From Candidatus Thorarchaeota archaeon SMTZ1-45 (GTDB lineage Archaea; Asgardarchaeota; Thorarchaeia; Thorarchaeales; Thorarchaeaceae), in assembly GCA_001563335.1 (NCBI GenBank), contig LRSL01000117.1, positions 1 to 64,000 of the forward strand: a stretch of DNA of 64,000 bases. The letters run 5' to 3'. A program made the position numbers and the translations under genes. Under the pieces are notes generated by a model, which saw only the letters and a list, made by a program, of their open reading frames with translations, was not told the origin of the DNA and did no database searches. Positions 1-10,721 of this stretch are shown piece after piece (position 1 is the stretch's first letter; every line of letters starts with the position of its first letter).

Positions 1-151
1 CTTCTAGCTCGAATTCTCTATGAAGTCTAATGTGCACTTAAATTACACTGAACGATAGGCAAAAGTTGCCATCTCATAAGACGGTTGTCAATCGTTGCCG
101 ATTGGAATTTTATTAAAAGCGTTGACGAAGAGCTTCCATGTGGTGCATTCA

Positions 152-1117
152 ATGACGAACGACTGCAAAGACCTCCAAGAGAAAATCCTCAAACTGAAGA
201 AGGAGCGCAAGGCACTCATTCTTGCTCATAATTATCAAATCATCGAGATTCAAGAAATTGCTGATTTTGTAGGTGACTCCCTGCAACTGGCTCGAAAATC
301 TGCTGAAGTCCACGGGTATGAAATGATTATCTTCGCAGGCGTAAAGTTCATGGCTGAGATGGCTGCCATTCTATCACCTGATGTCCCAGTTTACATCCCT
401 GACCCTAACGCTTTATGCCCACTTGCTAGTTATATTGATGCAGAGAAAATTCGCCAGAAGAAAAGGGAGTACCCTGGTGTACCAGTCGTTGTCTATGTAA
501 ACACTACTGCAGAGGCTAAATCAGAGGCTGATTATATCTGCACATCTGGTAGTGCTGTTGAGGTCGTTGAATCTCTTGGAGTTGATCGAGTTATTTTCGG
601 GCCTGATGCGAATCTTGCAGAATATGTCAGATCTCACACAAATGTAGAAATAATTGACATCGATCAGAGAGGTCATTGTTATGTCCACAATATGTTTGAT
701 CTCAACATGCTGATTGAACTTAAAGAGAAGTACCCTGATGCTGTTGCCATTGCGCATCCTGAATGCCTTATTGAAGTTCAGGAAGCAGCTGATTTGGTAG
801 GGTCAACCGGAATGATGGTTCGCACTGTTGCAGAGTCAGATGCGAAGGTGTTCATAATTGCCACAGAGATGGGATTGCTCCACCAGCTACAAAAACACCA
901 TCCTGACAAGAAAATCATCCCCATGTACGAAGGTGCAGTTTGTCGACAGATGAAGAAGCACACTCTCGAGAAGTTATTAGATGTCCTTGAGAATCTTCCA
1001 TCTGAAAATATAGTTACAGTTCCTGATCAGTATGCTCCTCACATTCGTGGGATTCTCGAGCGGATGAACAAGGTCAAAGGTCAAGGTCCTGCGGTTGCAA
1101 TTGAAGCAGAATCTTAG
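152..1117 (+). CDS. nadA: Quinolinate synthase A
   Basis: Motifs ILAHNYQ, DFVGDSLQLA, GVKFMAE, YVNTTAEAK, CTS, FGPDANL, HPEC, GST and the cluster Cys residues. ATG at 152 preferred over TTG at 95. Confidence 0.95.
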   Translation: MTNDCKDLQEKILKLKKERKALILAHNYQIIEIQEIADFVGDSLQLARKSAEVHGYEMIIFAGVKFMAEMAAILSPDVPVYIPDPNALCPLASYIDAEKIRQKKREYPGVPVVVYVNTTAEAKSEADYICTSGSAVEVVESLGVDRVIFGPDANLAEYVRSHTNVEIIDIDQRGHCYVHNMFDLNMLIELKEKYPDAVAIAHPECLIEVQEAADLVGSTGMMVRTVAESDAKVFIIATEMGLLHQLQKHHPDKKIIPMYEGAVCRQMKKHTLEKLLDVLENLPSENIVTVPDQYAPHIRGILERMNKVKGQGPAVAIEAES

Positions 1118-1992
1118 TAGCTTCCAGTTCTCAGTTTGACATAAGCAGTAATGACCACAGCTATGATAATACCTCCAACAATTAACAGCACATCGATTAT
1201 TATTGGAGGGTCAGATTAATCAGTCCAATCAGAGTATTCAAAGAATTCTCCAGAGAAGTCGATGCTGTTTATCTCAAAATCTGAGTCGATAGGAAAGTCC
1301 CACAGAGTAGTTGTTCCTGTAGTATTTGTCGTGATCGTTAGAGATTCATTTGGATGAAATGATTTTCGTAAGAATTCCCTTTCTTCCATGACATGCATTT
1401 TAATAGTTACGTGAGTTTCATTCTGAAAAGTACTGGCTGATCCAATGATTTAATGAAATGATAATCCTTCCCCATATTGCAATTGCAAAACTTCAGTTTT
1501 GATGGTTATGACATTAAGTTCATCTGAACGCATCCGGGCTGAGAAAAGACTGAGATCTGTGTCCTCAACCCATGTTCCACCAAAACTGGTAGTGTTATTT
1601 TCAAATCCAAAATAGATCAGATTCTCCCAAGATACTATACTATATGATAATGGAGTTGCACTCAGAGTAACTACCCACCCAATCTCTTGGTCAACCGGTC
1701 CTCTTCACCAATGTTGTGGATAGACGAAAGTAAGAGAAACATTTTGTGTTACTTCTGAAACAATACCATATTTCCTTATTACGTTTCCATGAATTCCATC
1801 GGACTCGCTGTATAATATACGTATCTTCACATCTGCCTGTAGCATGATCACTGCTGAATCATTAGTGAATGATTCGCCAATCTACAGGTCTATGATGTTT
1901 GCTACATTTGTTTCACAATAAACTGGTTGATATTTAGCTATCAATAGAATTCCAATACAAACAACTGTGATTTTTGGTTAAATCTTCTCCAT
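1114..1992 (-). pseudogene. Pseudogene of a secreted, C-terminally membrane-anchored protein
   Basis: One reading frame from ATG 1992 to TAA 1114 (292 codons) carries five internal stops (TAA, TAG, TGA, TAA, TAA). It has a signal-peptide-like N-terminus and a C-terminal TM segment (DPPIIIDVLLIVGGIIIAVVITAYVKLR). Confidence 0.75.
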
Positions 1993-2124
1993 ATCAGTTT
2001 TCTACTTGCATAGCAGTGTCTAATTGTGATACGAATCCTCTTGTGTTCCAATGCACCTATTCGAAATCTAAGAATGATAAGGTCTATATCCCTTGTCGAT
2101 TTAGCATGTGACGGGAAATGGGAG

Positions 2125-4602
2125 ATGAGTTTCGCCAACTGGCTGGTTAAAAGACCAAGAATCGATTATTTGATCATATTACTATTGTTCCTCTTTATCA
2201 GTTCGAACCATGTGTTCGAGAATACCTTACTCCGTCCAACAGGGACAGTAGATGTCACCTATGGGTCTGCAATTCCTCAAGAAACTAACTATACGATTAC
2301 AAACGTGGTTGAACCCTCTGTCACCGCTGCTGTCATCTTCAATCATTCATTTAGAGATGCAATATTCTTCAGAGTCCCCTTTGAGAGTCTTAGTTGGATT
2401 AGATTAGATCTAACTCTTAGAGCTGAGTCAAATGATACAGTTGTCAATTATAGAATGAGGGTAGAAGATTTAGAGGAAGAAATGTATCTTTCGATAGGTA
2501 CTGATGCTGAAACATTCAGTTTCAATCCCAACATTACTGGTATAGTTCCATCTACAACAACAATATGGTTAGAGGATATCCACGTGTCCATTGATACAAC
2601 GGGGAATGTACTTGCAGCACTTGTGGTGCATACTCAATACTCAGAACCAGTGTGTCCTGTCACCATCGACTTTCAATCGACTGATGGATTCAGTCTCTTT
2701 AAGAATGAATACACAAAACAAATGTATTACTATTATAGACCTAATCTGGAAATAGAGGGTGAAAACAGCAGCTATAGTACCGAGACGTATCCATGTATAG
2801 TCAATCAAACATATTATATGAAACCAGGTAACTATAGCTGCAGTGCTGGATGGGGCTATCGGGGACACTATCAAGAATTCAACATAAGAGCTGTTGCAGA
2901 CGAAGCAACCTATATCATTGTTCGAATGCAAGCTGTTCGCTTGGATATTTCAACCAACACAGATATACCATTAGTCAAGCTCACAATAGATCATTACTCC
3001 GATTGGGTATACCGTGAATTGTTCTTTGAATCAGCACCTCCTGAATTCCTTTACATACCTGGATTCTCATATGAAACTAGATTATATTTTGAACTTGCGA
3101 CCCCCGAATTCCTTTCCCGGCACATCGATCATTATGAGGATGTCCGCGCAGAGATTCAGTTTGAGTATAATTCAACAAACCATGTACACCTCGATGTTGA
3201 GATGCCATACCTCCGTGTATCCAACATTGTCGTCACACCTCACGACTTCATAAGAATTGTTCTCGCAGTATTGGGTTTCTTCGCTACAGTGTTACGATTA
3301 GGATTCTACTTCAATGATCTAAAACCTCGAACTTTGTGGCGTGACAAGCGATTGATTCCTGCAGTCATTCTTCTCGCGATTGCTGTACTTCCCTGGTTTT
3401 CAAGCGTGCGAAACGTTGGATTTGGATATGGCGTCAACAAACAGGTCACTATGCACGCGTTGGGTCCCTTTCCACTTGTCTTGGCTTCGATTGGAGGTGA
3501 AACCTCCCTTGTTGTTCTACCTGCTAATGGATTTGCATGGGCAGTCGCATCACTCTTCCTGTTCTGGATACCTCTACTCTTAGTGATGTTTCGGTATTCG
3601 ACACCTAGCACTGTTGACTATGATATGGAAGCAATACTCATACTCTTTAGCCCGTTCCTATTCATCTTGATGCTGGGGTATGACCTTCCGAATATCTTCT
3701 ATTCCTCTATCATGGTGTTGAGTTACCTTAACTATGTTCTATTTTCAATCCCCCTTATCTGGGCTCTCGTTATTATGATATTGTGGACTAGTGGAAAATA
3801 TAGATACGGTATACTTGAAAACCAATTGAAACATGATTTTGAAATATCATTAATGCAAGAGACTGACGAAGTTACAAGGCCAAAGGAACTTGAAGGTAAG
3901 GAAGTCCCCTTTCAAGAACCAACACTGATAGTAAGACTTGTATTTCGAATATTGGCTATGCTAGTACTTGCTATCCCAACAGTCCTTGGTTTTGAGTATA
4001 GATACGATTACTATGTTTCTGCATACCGTCTTGAAGGCATCTTTTTCGATAACCCTCTAGCTGGATTTGTTAACACTTTTGCAGCTTCTTTCAATCCAGC
4101 TGGTGCTGGTTTGACACTCCTTCTTTTTGTAGTATCATACTATTGGTTTACTGCAGCAATCGTCCATGAAATTAGAGTGAAATCTCGTAACCTACTGAAT
4201 TTCATCCTAGTGATTGTCTGGGCTATTATACCCTTTGTTGCATTTGGTGGTCTTGCTCTTGTGAGTTCAACATATCGCGTGACAGCTTGGTTGTGCGTGA
4301 GTTTTCCATCAATGTTACTGTCACTGTTTGCAATTTGGAAGGCATATCAATACGTGATCAGTGAGATAAGGATTAGCACATCATTATTGTGGATTGTATT
4401 ATCAATAGTTGGAATCTTGCCGGGTTGGTTGATATTGTCCACACTTGCTGAGTTACAATTTGCTAAACTCACGTATACTCTGGTGAGTTGGATTCCCATA
4501 CCAATAATATCCATCATGTTACTGATTCTCATCTGGCCAATATCCACTTGGGGAAGGCGAGAAATGAAGAGATTAGAACAATCAACCACTCAACCTTCAT
4601 GA
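2125..4602 (+). CDS. Large membrane protein (extracellular beta-rich N-terminal region plus many C-terminal TM helices), unknown function
   Basis: Long ORF with N-terminal hydrophobic segment, N-x-S/T-rich ectodomain and about 10 hydrophobic helices. ATG 2125 follows a GGGAG motif. Confidence 0.75.
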   Translation: MSFANWLVKRPRIDYLIILLLFLFISSNHVFENTLLRPTGTVDVTYGSAIPQETNYTITNVVEPSVTAAVIFNHSFRDAIFFRVPFESLSWIRLDLTLRAESNDTVVNYRMRVEDLEEEMYLSIGTDAETFSFNPNITGIVPSTTTIWLEDIHVSIDTTGNVLAALVVHTQYSEPVCPVTIDFQSTDGFSLFKNEYTKQMYYYYRPNLEIEGENSSYSTETYPCIVNQTYYMKPGNYSCSAGWGYRGHYQEFNIRAVADEATYIIVRMQAVRLDISTNTDIPLVKLTIDHYSDWVYRELFFESAPPEFLYIPGFSYETRLYFELATPEFLSRHIDHYEDVRAEIQFEYNSTNHVHLDVEMPYLRVSNIVVTPHDFIRIVLAVLGFFATVLRLGFYFNDLKPRTLWRDKRLIPAVILLAIAVLPWFSSVRNVGFGYGVNKQVTMHALGPFPLVLASIGGETSLVVLPANGFAWAVASLFLFWIPLLLVMFRYSTPSTVDYDMEAILILFSPFLFILMLGYDLPNIFYSSIMVLSYLNYVLFSIPLIWALVIMILWTSGKYRYGILENQLKHDFEISLMQETDEVTRPKELEGKEVPFQEPTLIVRLVFRILAMLVLAIPTVLGFEYRYDYYVSAYRLEGIFFDNPLAGFVNTFAASFNPAGAGLTLLLFVVSYYWFTAAIVHEIRVKSRNLLNFILVIVWAIIPFVAFGGLALVSSTYRVTAWLCVSFPSMLLSLFAIWKAYQYVISEIRISTSLLWIVLSIVGILPGWLILSTLAELQFAKLTYTLVSWIPIPIISIMLLILIWPISTWGRREMKRLEQSTTQPS

Positions 4603-4635
4603 TAAGAAAAAGTGATTTTCTGATGTTCGGGGATT

Positions 4636-5313
4636 TCAATCATCATAGGGAAATTCCACATAATCAGATTCTACTATCTCAAGTATGTCTGACAATCTCT
4701 CGACCATCTGACCATCATGACCAGCTTTCCTGAAATCTTGAAAATCGAACAAGCCAACCACACCAATGAATTGGCAGAAATCCTTAGACCGCTCATAGTC
4801 TTTCAAAGAATCCCCTACAAACAGCATGTCACCAAAATCAATGTTGTACTTGGAGCTAATGTGTTTTAAATGGTCCGCCCCTTTTTCGAACCCGGGTTTA
4901 TATCCAACTATAGCCTTGAACAGTTCGAGAATACCTCTTCTCCTGAAGTACTCTTCAATGGTTGGCTGAAAGGTGGATGATGATACAAATACATCAAATC
5001 CACGCCTAGTGAGTTCTCTTACTGTTAACTCTGCATCAGGAAACAGTTCTTGTTCATAGATTCGCTCAATCTTCAACTGCTCAAACTCTTTGATAGCTTC
5101 CTCATTCCTTGGGTCATCTAGGAAATTCATTTTGATTTGATGTTCATAGGGAAGGCCTGTTGTACTGACATACTTCTCTGTAGCATCATCCTTCGAAACA
5201 CCGAAATGATTCATCATGATCTCTACACCAATCTTCTGAAGGAAAGGCATACTGTCAGCCAATGTTCCATCAAAGTCAAAGACAATTGCTTTACAAAAGA
5301 CTAGCTCTGTCAT
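4636..5313 (-). CDS. HAD-family hydrolase/phosphatase
   Basis: FDFDGTL motif I, SSS motif II, K, and VGDSLKD motif IV. Confidence 0.9.
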   Translation of the reverse strand: MTELVFCKAIVFDFDGTLADSMPFLQKIGVEIMMNHFGVSKDDATEKYVSTTGLPYEHQIKMNFLDDPRNEEAIKEFEQLKIERIYEQELFPDAELTVRELTRRGFDVFVSSSTFQPTIEEYFRRRGILELFKAIVGYKPGFEKGADHLKHISSKYNIDFGDMLFVGDSLKDYERSKDFCQFIGVVGLFDFQDFRKAGHDGQMVERLSDILEIVESDYVEFPYDD

Positions 5314-5367
5314 GAGAGATCCACTCTTAGCTGCTTCTGGTCATTCTATTGAAAATCCTGGGGTAAT

Positions 5368-5895
5368 CTAGGAAGACTTTCCCTTCTTGTAGTCATCTAT
5401 GCAACGTTTTATGGTCTGAAACGTGTCACTCAGCTCTCGGAATTTCTTTATCTCTGTGTGACCACCTTCCTGGATTTTGTATGTTGCATAGAAGTGCTGA
5501 AGTTCATCCATCCTGCTCCGTGGGAGGTCAATGATGCTCTTCACATCTCGATAGTATGGTTCATTCATTGGAACTGCAATTATTTTGTCATCTATCTTAC
5601 CAGCGTCATCCATTTCCATGATACCTATTGGTCTCGCGTGAACTACACACGAAGTAAAAGTCGGTTCAGAGATTAGAAGAACTACATCAAGAGGGTCTCC
5701 ATCATGGTCCAATGTTTGTGGGATAAATCCATAATCAAATGGAGCAAAAGTGTAGAGCACTCTGTCCAGTTTAAAGAGGTTGAGTTTCGCATCATACTCA
5801 TACTTGTTCTTACTTGCTCTCGTTAGTTCGACAATAACATAGATCTCACTGGGTGGGTCTGGACCTGGTGGAATATCGTGCAAGTAGTTTGTCAT
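5368..5895 (-). CDS. ppa: Family I inorganic pyrophosphatase
   Basis: NKYEYD, LDRVL, DYGFIPQTL, DGDPLDV, DDKII motifs. Confidence 0.95.
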   Translation of the reverse strand: MTNYLHDIPPGPDPPSEIYVIVELTRASKNKYEYDAKLNLFKLDRVLYTFAPFDYGFIPQTLDHDGDPLDVVLLISEPTFTSCVVHARPIGIMEMDDAGKIDDKIIAVPMNEPYYRDVKSIIDLPRSRMDELQHFYATYKIQEGGHTEIKKFRELSDTFQTIKRCIDDYKKGKSS

Positions 5896-6012
5896 CGTAT
5901 CATCGCCATCTAGTCAAAGGTATGCTTCTTATTGAGCTTTCTCACTCAAGACAACAAGTCTATATGAGAGCTCACAACTAGGAAAATATGCACGGAATCG
6001 GAGGGAACAACA

Positions 6013-6555
6013 CTGTCTGATGATGAAGAGCTTCTTGATGTAGGATCAATGTTCAGAGGAACCGCCACAATAACTCTTGTTGCTGAGATTGTATCAGCAA
6101 TAATGTTACTCGGTTCCACAACTGCATACTTTCTAAGGGGTTATGTTGCTATCATCGAGCCTGATGTCGCGATTTTTCTTTTATTAGTTGGCGCTATGCT
6201 TACTCTTTTCATTTTCCTAGGTGCGATAGGCTTCTTCATACGATTCAACCGTCGGATAGGTCGGATAGTGATTGCAGAGGGTGTTGGCGAGGTCGATCTC
6301 AATAGACCTGGAGTGAAGACAGTAGTCATCATTTATGGGCTTGCAGTTGGTTTCATCCTAATATTGGGCATTTATGGGTACTATCTTGTTTGGGTATATT
6401 TCCTTGCAGTACAGGCTGCAACATCCCTTAGCTTCTTTGGAATCTCTCTGTCAGTTGGCATTTTTCTCATTGCGCTATTAGTACAGATAGTGCTCACGGT
6501 AATAGGGCGAACTGCAACAACAATAATCCGAAAGGTTCTTGCTGAAGACATTTGA
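6013..6555 (+). CDS. Hypothetical 4-TM membrane protein
   Basis: Four hydrophobic helices. The frame is open upstream of ATG 6049 to a CTG at 6013 that follows GGAGGG. Confidence 0.7.
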   Translation: MSDDEELLDVGSMFRGTATITLVAEIVSAIMLLGSTTAYFLRGYVAIIEPDVAIFLLLVGAMLTLFIFLGAIGFFIRFNRRIGRIVIAEGVGEVDLNRPGVKTVVIIYGLAVGFILILGIYGYYLVWVYFLAVQAATSLSFFGISLSVGIFLIALLVQIVLTVIGRTATTIIRKVLAEDI

Positions 6556-6620
6556 TAATTCGTCATCCATATAGGAGAAGTTTAATTATGTGACTTCCCA
6601 GCTTCAGAGGAGGTGCTAGA

Positions 6621-7793
6621 ATGGTGAAAATACATCTCTGGCAATGGTCATATATTATTGGACTGGCGATTGTAGTCCCTATTTTACTCCTAGATTTTCT
6701 TGGGATACACCTAATTCCTGAAAATATCGTACCCTACCTTGAATTGTTAGGAGGCATTTTACTAATTGCTGGAGCTTGCGAAGCATTCGTTCTGTCAGTA
6801 GAAGGAATCGCACATAATATGCACCTTACAGATTATGTTTCTGGAATCTATGCGAGTATTGCGAGCACAATTCCTGAGCTCTGTGTGCTTCTCTTCCTAA
6901 TTCTGGCTGGGCAGTATGAAATGGCTTGGATTCTCGCCCTAGCAACTATATTCATGAACTCTCTTGTGTTTGCACTCTACACACTCATTCTTCCAAAAGA
7001 TGACCATGGCAACTATGAACTACCTGCAGCTATCATGTGGGTGGGCTCAGACTTGCTCGCAATGGGAGCAGTGATTTCACTGTCCGTGGGTCTTTCTATG
7101 ATGCTTGTACACTTATTTCCAGTCACACCAACTGGTGGTGAAATTCGACAGTATCTTGATGCTGGAGAGTTGATACTCTTCGGTATATGCTTGGTTGTAG
7201 TATTCATTGCGTATTTGTATCGAATCACGAAGTACTACGGTCGGTGTGATCCGACATCTGAAGATCCCTACCTTGCTTGTGAAACAGAGCACGAGGTCAT
7301 GCCTAAACAGACAGTCATTGTTTTCGTTATTTTAGCATCCATCGGTGCACTGTTAGGAGGGGAGGCGCTCTCCTCTTTTGCACACTTTGCTATCAATGAG
7401 ATAGGTCTACCAATTATACACGCAGCATTACTCTTGGTAATCTTTGGTGGCACACCTGAATATATCATCGTAGCAAGTAGTCATAGAAAGAACGAGCTCG
7501 AAATTGCCCTCTCCAACGCATTTGGAGGTATTGTCCAAGTCTTTTTCGTCATCTTTGGATTGACAATGATATTCTCAGGTATCATTGGATATATCGACCC
7601 ATTACTTCTTGGAATCGATATACTACCTATAGATGTCTATTCAGTTGTCTTGTTATTGTTCGCATTTCCAACTATGTTCATACTGCGAATAATGATAACA
7701 GATGACTCAAAGATCAACGCACTAGAGTCTGTGGCAATGATTGCAGTCTTTGTGATGATGCTCTATATACTCCTCGTTTATGGTGGAATTTGA
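6621..7793 (+). CDS. Ca2+/cation antiporter (CaCA family)
   Basis: Two alpha-repeats (ASTIPEL; GGTPEY...ALSNAFG) and about 10-11 TM helices. RBS GGAGGT upstream. Confidence 0.8.
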   Translation: MVKIHLWQWSYIIGLAIVVPILLLDFLGIHLIPENIVPYLELLGGILLIAGACEAFVLSVEGIAHNMHLTDYVSGIYASIASTIPELCVLLFLILAGQYEMAWILALATIFMNSLVFALYTLILPKDDHGNYELPAAIMWVGSDLLAMGAVISLSVGLSMMLVHLFPVTPTGGEIRQYLDAGELILFGICLVVVFIAYLYRITKYYGRCDPTSEDPYLACETEHEVMPKQTVIVFVILASIGALLGGEALSSFAHFAINEIGLPIIHAALLLVIFGGTPEYIIVASSHRKNELEIALSNAFGGIVQVFFVIFGLTMIFSGIIGYIDPLLLGIDILPIDVYSVVLLLFAFPTMFILRIMITDDSKINALESVAMIAVFVMMLYILLVYGGI

Positions 7794-7819
7794 TTAACTC
7801 TGCAAATGTTGAGGATGCA

Positions 7820-8056
7820 CTAGTAGTGACGGTACTCTCCCAGAGTCTGAACCTTGATGATGCATTCGATGCAGACGAACTCGTCAGCCTCCTCTGTTTT
7901 ACCATGCTTTATACCGACAACATCTTCTCCAACAAATGCAATTTGTCCCTCTGCGACAATCATCATTCCTGGTCCATAGAATCTCATTCGTTCTCCCGAC
8001 TTTGCAGCCTTGAGTAAAACACTCCGCAGCGTTGCTTCTTTCTCGAAGTCCGACAT
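7820..8056 (-). CDS. Small protein with predicted Sm/Hfq-like fold
   Basis: 78 aa with AGGAGA RBS. Pattern of N-terminal helix plus beta strands (LRSVLLKAAKSG / RMRFY / AEGQIAFVGEDVVGIK / EFVCIECIIKV). Confidence 0.6.
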   Translation of the reverse strand: MSDFEKEATLRSVLLKAAKSGERMRFYGPGMMIVAEGQIAFVGEDVVGIKHGKTEEADEFVCIECIIKVQTLGEYRHY

Positions 8057-8146
8057 AATATAGTATATCTCCTTCTTCAGAAATAAGCCTTAGCAAAGAA
8101 ATGAGATGAGGCGCACCTCAGGGTTGAGATGCTCCACTTCTGAATC

Positions 8147-9334
8147 CTAGATGATTCCGACCTGCTTTCCGACCTTCTCATATGCTGCTAGAGCTTGGTC
8201 GAGCTGGTCCTTGGTCAGACCAGAGTTCATCATGTTTCGAATCCGAGCCTTGTCACGTGCAACCATCGGGAACACGATTGGTAGAGCAAGGATTCCCTCC
8301 TTGTAGAGACCATCGCTCAGTGCGACTGCCTTTGAACTCTCGCCGCACATTGCAGGAATGATGGGTGTCTGGCTGTTACCTGTGTCAAAGCCCATCTGCT
8401 GGAGACCTTTGATGAAGTACTCACGGTTATCCCAAAGTGTCTTGACATGTTCCTCCTCGGTTTCGAGGACATCGATAGCCGCTATACACGCAGCTGCGGT
8501 CGCAGGTGGGTGTGAGGCACTGAGGAGCCAGGATCGACTCTTGTTCAATGCATAGTTCACCATGTCGCGACTTCCTGATACGTGACCACCCATGACCCCA
8601 AACGCCTTTGAGAATGTCCCCATCTCGAAATGGACATCCTTGTGGGAGAGGTTGAAGTGTGAAACAATTCCACGGCCTCCCTTTCCAAGGACAGCTTCGC
8701 CGTGGGCATCATCGACATAAATCATTGCTCCGTGTGGTTTAGCAGCCTTCACAATGCCATCCAGAGGTGCGATATCTCCATCCATGCTGAACACTCCATC
8801 GGTGATAACGAGCATCTTCACTGGGTTTTCTTTCTCGGCTTCCGTCAATACCCTCTCTAGGTCTGCAACATCATTGTGCTTGTACACAAAACGTGTCGCC
8901 TTTGTCAGACGAACACCATCGATAATGCTTCCATGATTCAACTCATCTGAGATGATGGCATCCCCTTTGTCGACAAGTTGTGGGATTAATCCTTCATTGG
9001 TAGTGAAACCTGCGCTGTAGGTCAGTGAGGATTCAGCACCCTTGAACTTGGCTAGTCTTCGTTCAAGCTCCAAATGTAAATCCATGGTTCCTGCGATAGC
9101 TCTGACTGAGCCTGAACCAACACCATGGGTCTTGATGGCTTGAAGAGCGGCTTCTTTCATCTTAGGATGGTTACTCAGGTTGAGGTAGTTGTTGCTGCAA
9201 AGCATGATTACCTCCTTCCCATCAATCTTTGCACGAGGGGTTGAAGGACCTTGTAACTCCCTGATTTTCCAGTCAAAATTCTGTTCTACTAGTTTATTAT
9301 ACTCGTCTCTCATCCAACCTGTGGGATCTCTCAT
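8147..9334 (-). CDS. kbl: PLP-dependent alpha-oxoamine synthase (glycine C-acetyltransferase / 8-amino-7-oxononanoate synthase family)
   Basis: CSNNYLNL, GSGSVRAIAGT, DELNHGSIIDG, DGVFSMDGD, DDAHG, GTFSKAFG motifs. Confidence 0.85.
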   Translation of the reverse strand: MRDPTGWMRDEYNKLVEQNFDWKIRELQGPSTPRAKIDGKEVIMLCSNNYLNLSNHPKMKEAALQAIKTHGVGSGSVRAIAGTMDLHLELERRLAKFKGAESSLTYSAGFTTNEGLIPQLVDKGDAIISDELNHGSIIDGVRLTKATRFVYKHNDVADLERVLTEAEKENPVKMLVITDGVFSMDGDIAPLDGIVKAAKPHGAMIYVDDAHGEAVLGKGGRGIVSHFNLSHKDVHFEMGTFSKAFGVMGGHVSGSRDMVNYALNKSRSWLLSASHPPATAAACIAAIDVLETEEEHVKTLWDNREYFIKGLQQMGFDTGNSQTPIIPAMCGESSKAVALSDGLYKEGILALPIVFPMVARDKARIRNMMNSGLTKDQLDQALAAYEKVGKQVGII

Positions 9335-9449
9335 AGTATTCACCGTAAATCCAAACGGTATAGTGCCCCTCAATTATGGGCCATACACACTCCCGCGCCG
9401 CGAATTTTCGACTATATATGACCTTCGTTTCGTACTTTTTCAAACAGAT

Positions 9450-10688
9450 TCAGATTTTGAGAACTGTTCGAGGCATTAACCTCGCCACTATTTCACACAT
9501 TTGGAGGTCCAGAGTGCGTCTTACAACTTCTCTGCCCCTATATGTATATTCCAACTCCCGTGGATTTGAAAAGACCTTTCTTGATTCATGACCGGTTGCC
9601 ATGTCAGTAATATAATAACGTGTCCCGTTGCTCGCTTCAATGACTTGTTCAATTCCAAGAATTGATTGAAACTTATATCCTCCCCCATGAGGTAAAATAT
9701 TGGTATTCAGTAGTCTATGTTTTACATTGTGTTTCTCAGCGCGCCTTGTGAAACCCAAATGCTCTATTATATCCTCATTGAAATTCGGATGACCGCGAAC
9801 TAGATATGCTGGTAAATCCGCTCGAAGTGCAATTGGCAGAAGGTCATCATTATCTTTGCCATGAATATCTTGACAACCAAGAAGATGTTCATTCATATTT
9901 CTCAATCCTTGGTGTATTGGATTGCATATCTCTGTGAATTCACCAAAGATTGCTTCTGCAGCTTTCAAACGTTTCTTCATACTAAGTTCACAAGCAAAGT
10001 CATTCAATTGAAGGTACTCAGATGCATTCTCATCTATAACAACCCATGTCTTTCCAAAAGGCGTATCGATCTCTTCAGACATATCATTTAGTTTCTTACT
10101 TCTGTGGCGATATAACCCAAAGCCAAATTTAGTATCATTGTCTCCTTTAAGTTCCGGTACTGAACCATGTATGATGAAAACATAGTCGTATTCAGAGTCT
10201 GCAGAATTATCCACTGGTTTGTATCTAAATAAGTCGATGAAGTGGTTGCTGACTGCAAAATCCCACTCTATTGGAATTCCATCAATGATTTCATCTGTAC
10301 TAAGAACAGTACTGATATTTTCAATAAGCGCGTGCATAGGGGGTAATGTTTCCAATCCCCCCACAAGCATCCCACAGGCATTAGGCATAGCATCTAGAAA
10401 CACTAACTTTTGCTTTCCATCCCCCCAGGATAACTTTCCACCATAACCAAGCCCACTTTGCCACCTTCGAACGTTACGAGTGACAGTCGCATCTGGTGCA
10501 CTAACAAAAGTAGCATCAGGTTCTAGTGAGTGTTGATTTTGCACCCAATGAAACTTAGCAAGTCCATATTTCATGTTTGTAACACACAAAGCATTTGCAG
10601 AATCCTGTAAACCACTTGAGAAAATATGATCCTTCGCTCTCTCCAACATTTGACTTCTTGTTAAATTTTTGAAGCTAGTCATAGACAT
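9450..10688 (-). CDS. Divergent RtcB-like (3'-phosphate/5'-OH RNA ligase fold) protein
   Basis: RtcB motifs appear in order: APD, NACG, SNHF, IHGS, IHQG, PHGGG, ELEYTYR and C-terminal ARLMPRTVLK. Confidence 0.65.
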   Translation of the reverse strand: MSMTSFKNLTRSQMLERAKDHIFSSGLQDSANALCVTNMKYGLAKFHWVQNQHSLEPDATFVSAPDATVTRNVRRWQSGLGYGGKLSWGDGKQKLVFLDAMPNACGMLVGGLETLPPMHALIENISTVLSTDEIIDGIPIEWDFAVSNHFIDLFRYKPVDNSADSEYDYVFIIHGSVPELKGDNDTKFGFGLYRHRSKKLNDMSEEIDTPFGKTWVVIDENASEYLQLNDFACELSMKKRLKAAEAIFGEFTEICNPIHQGLRNMNEHLLGCQDIHGKDNDDLLPIALRADLPAYLVRGHPNFNEDIIEHLGFTRRAEKHNVKHRLLNTNILPHGGGYKFQSILGIEQVIEASNGTRYYITDMATGHESRKVFSNPRELEYTYRGREVVRRTLDLQMCEIVARLMPRTVLKI

Positions 10689-10721
10689 TCTCCACTCTTA
10701 GTTTTTTTCAGATAACTTATT

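Noticed and set aside
1216-1398. 60-aa ORF as an independent gene
   Set aside because: It is an internal fragment of the 1114-1992 pseudogene frame.
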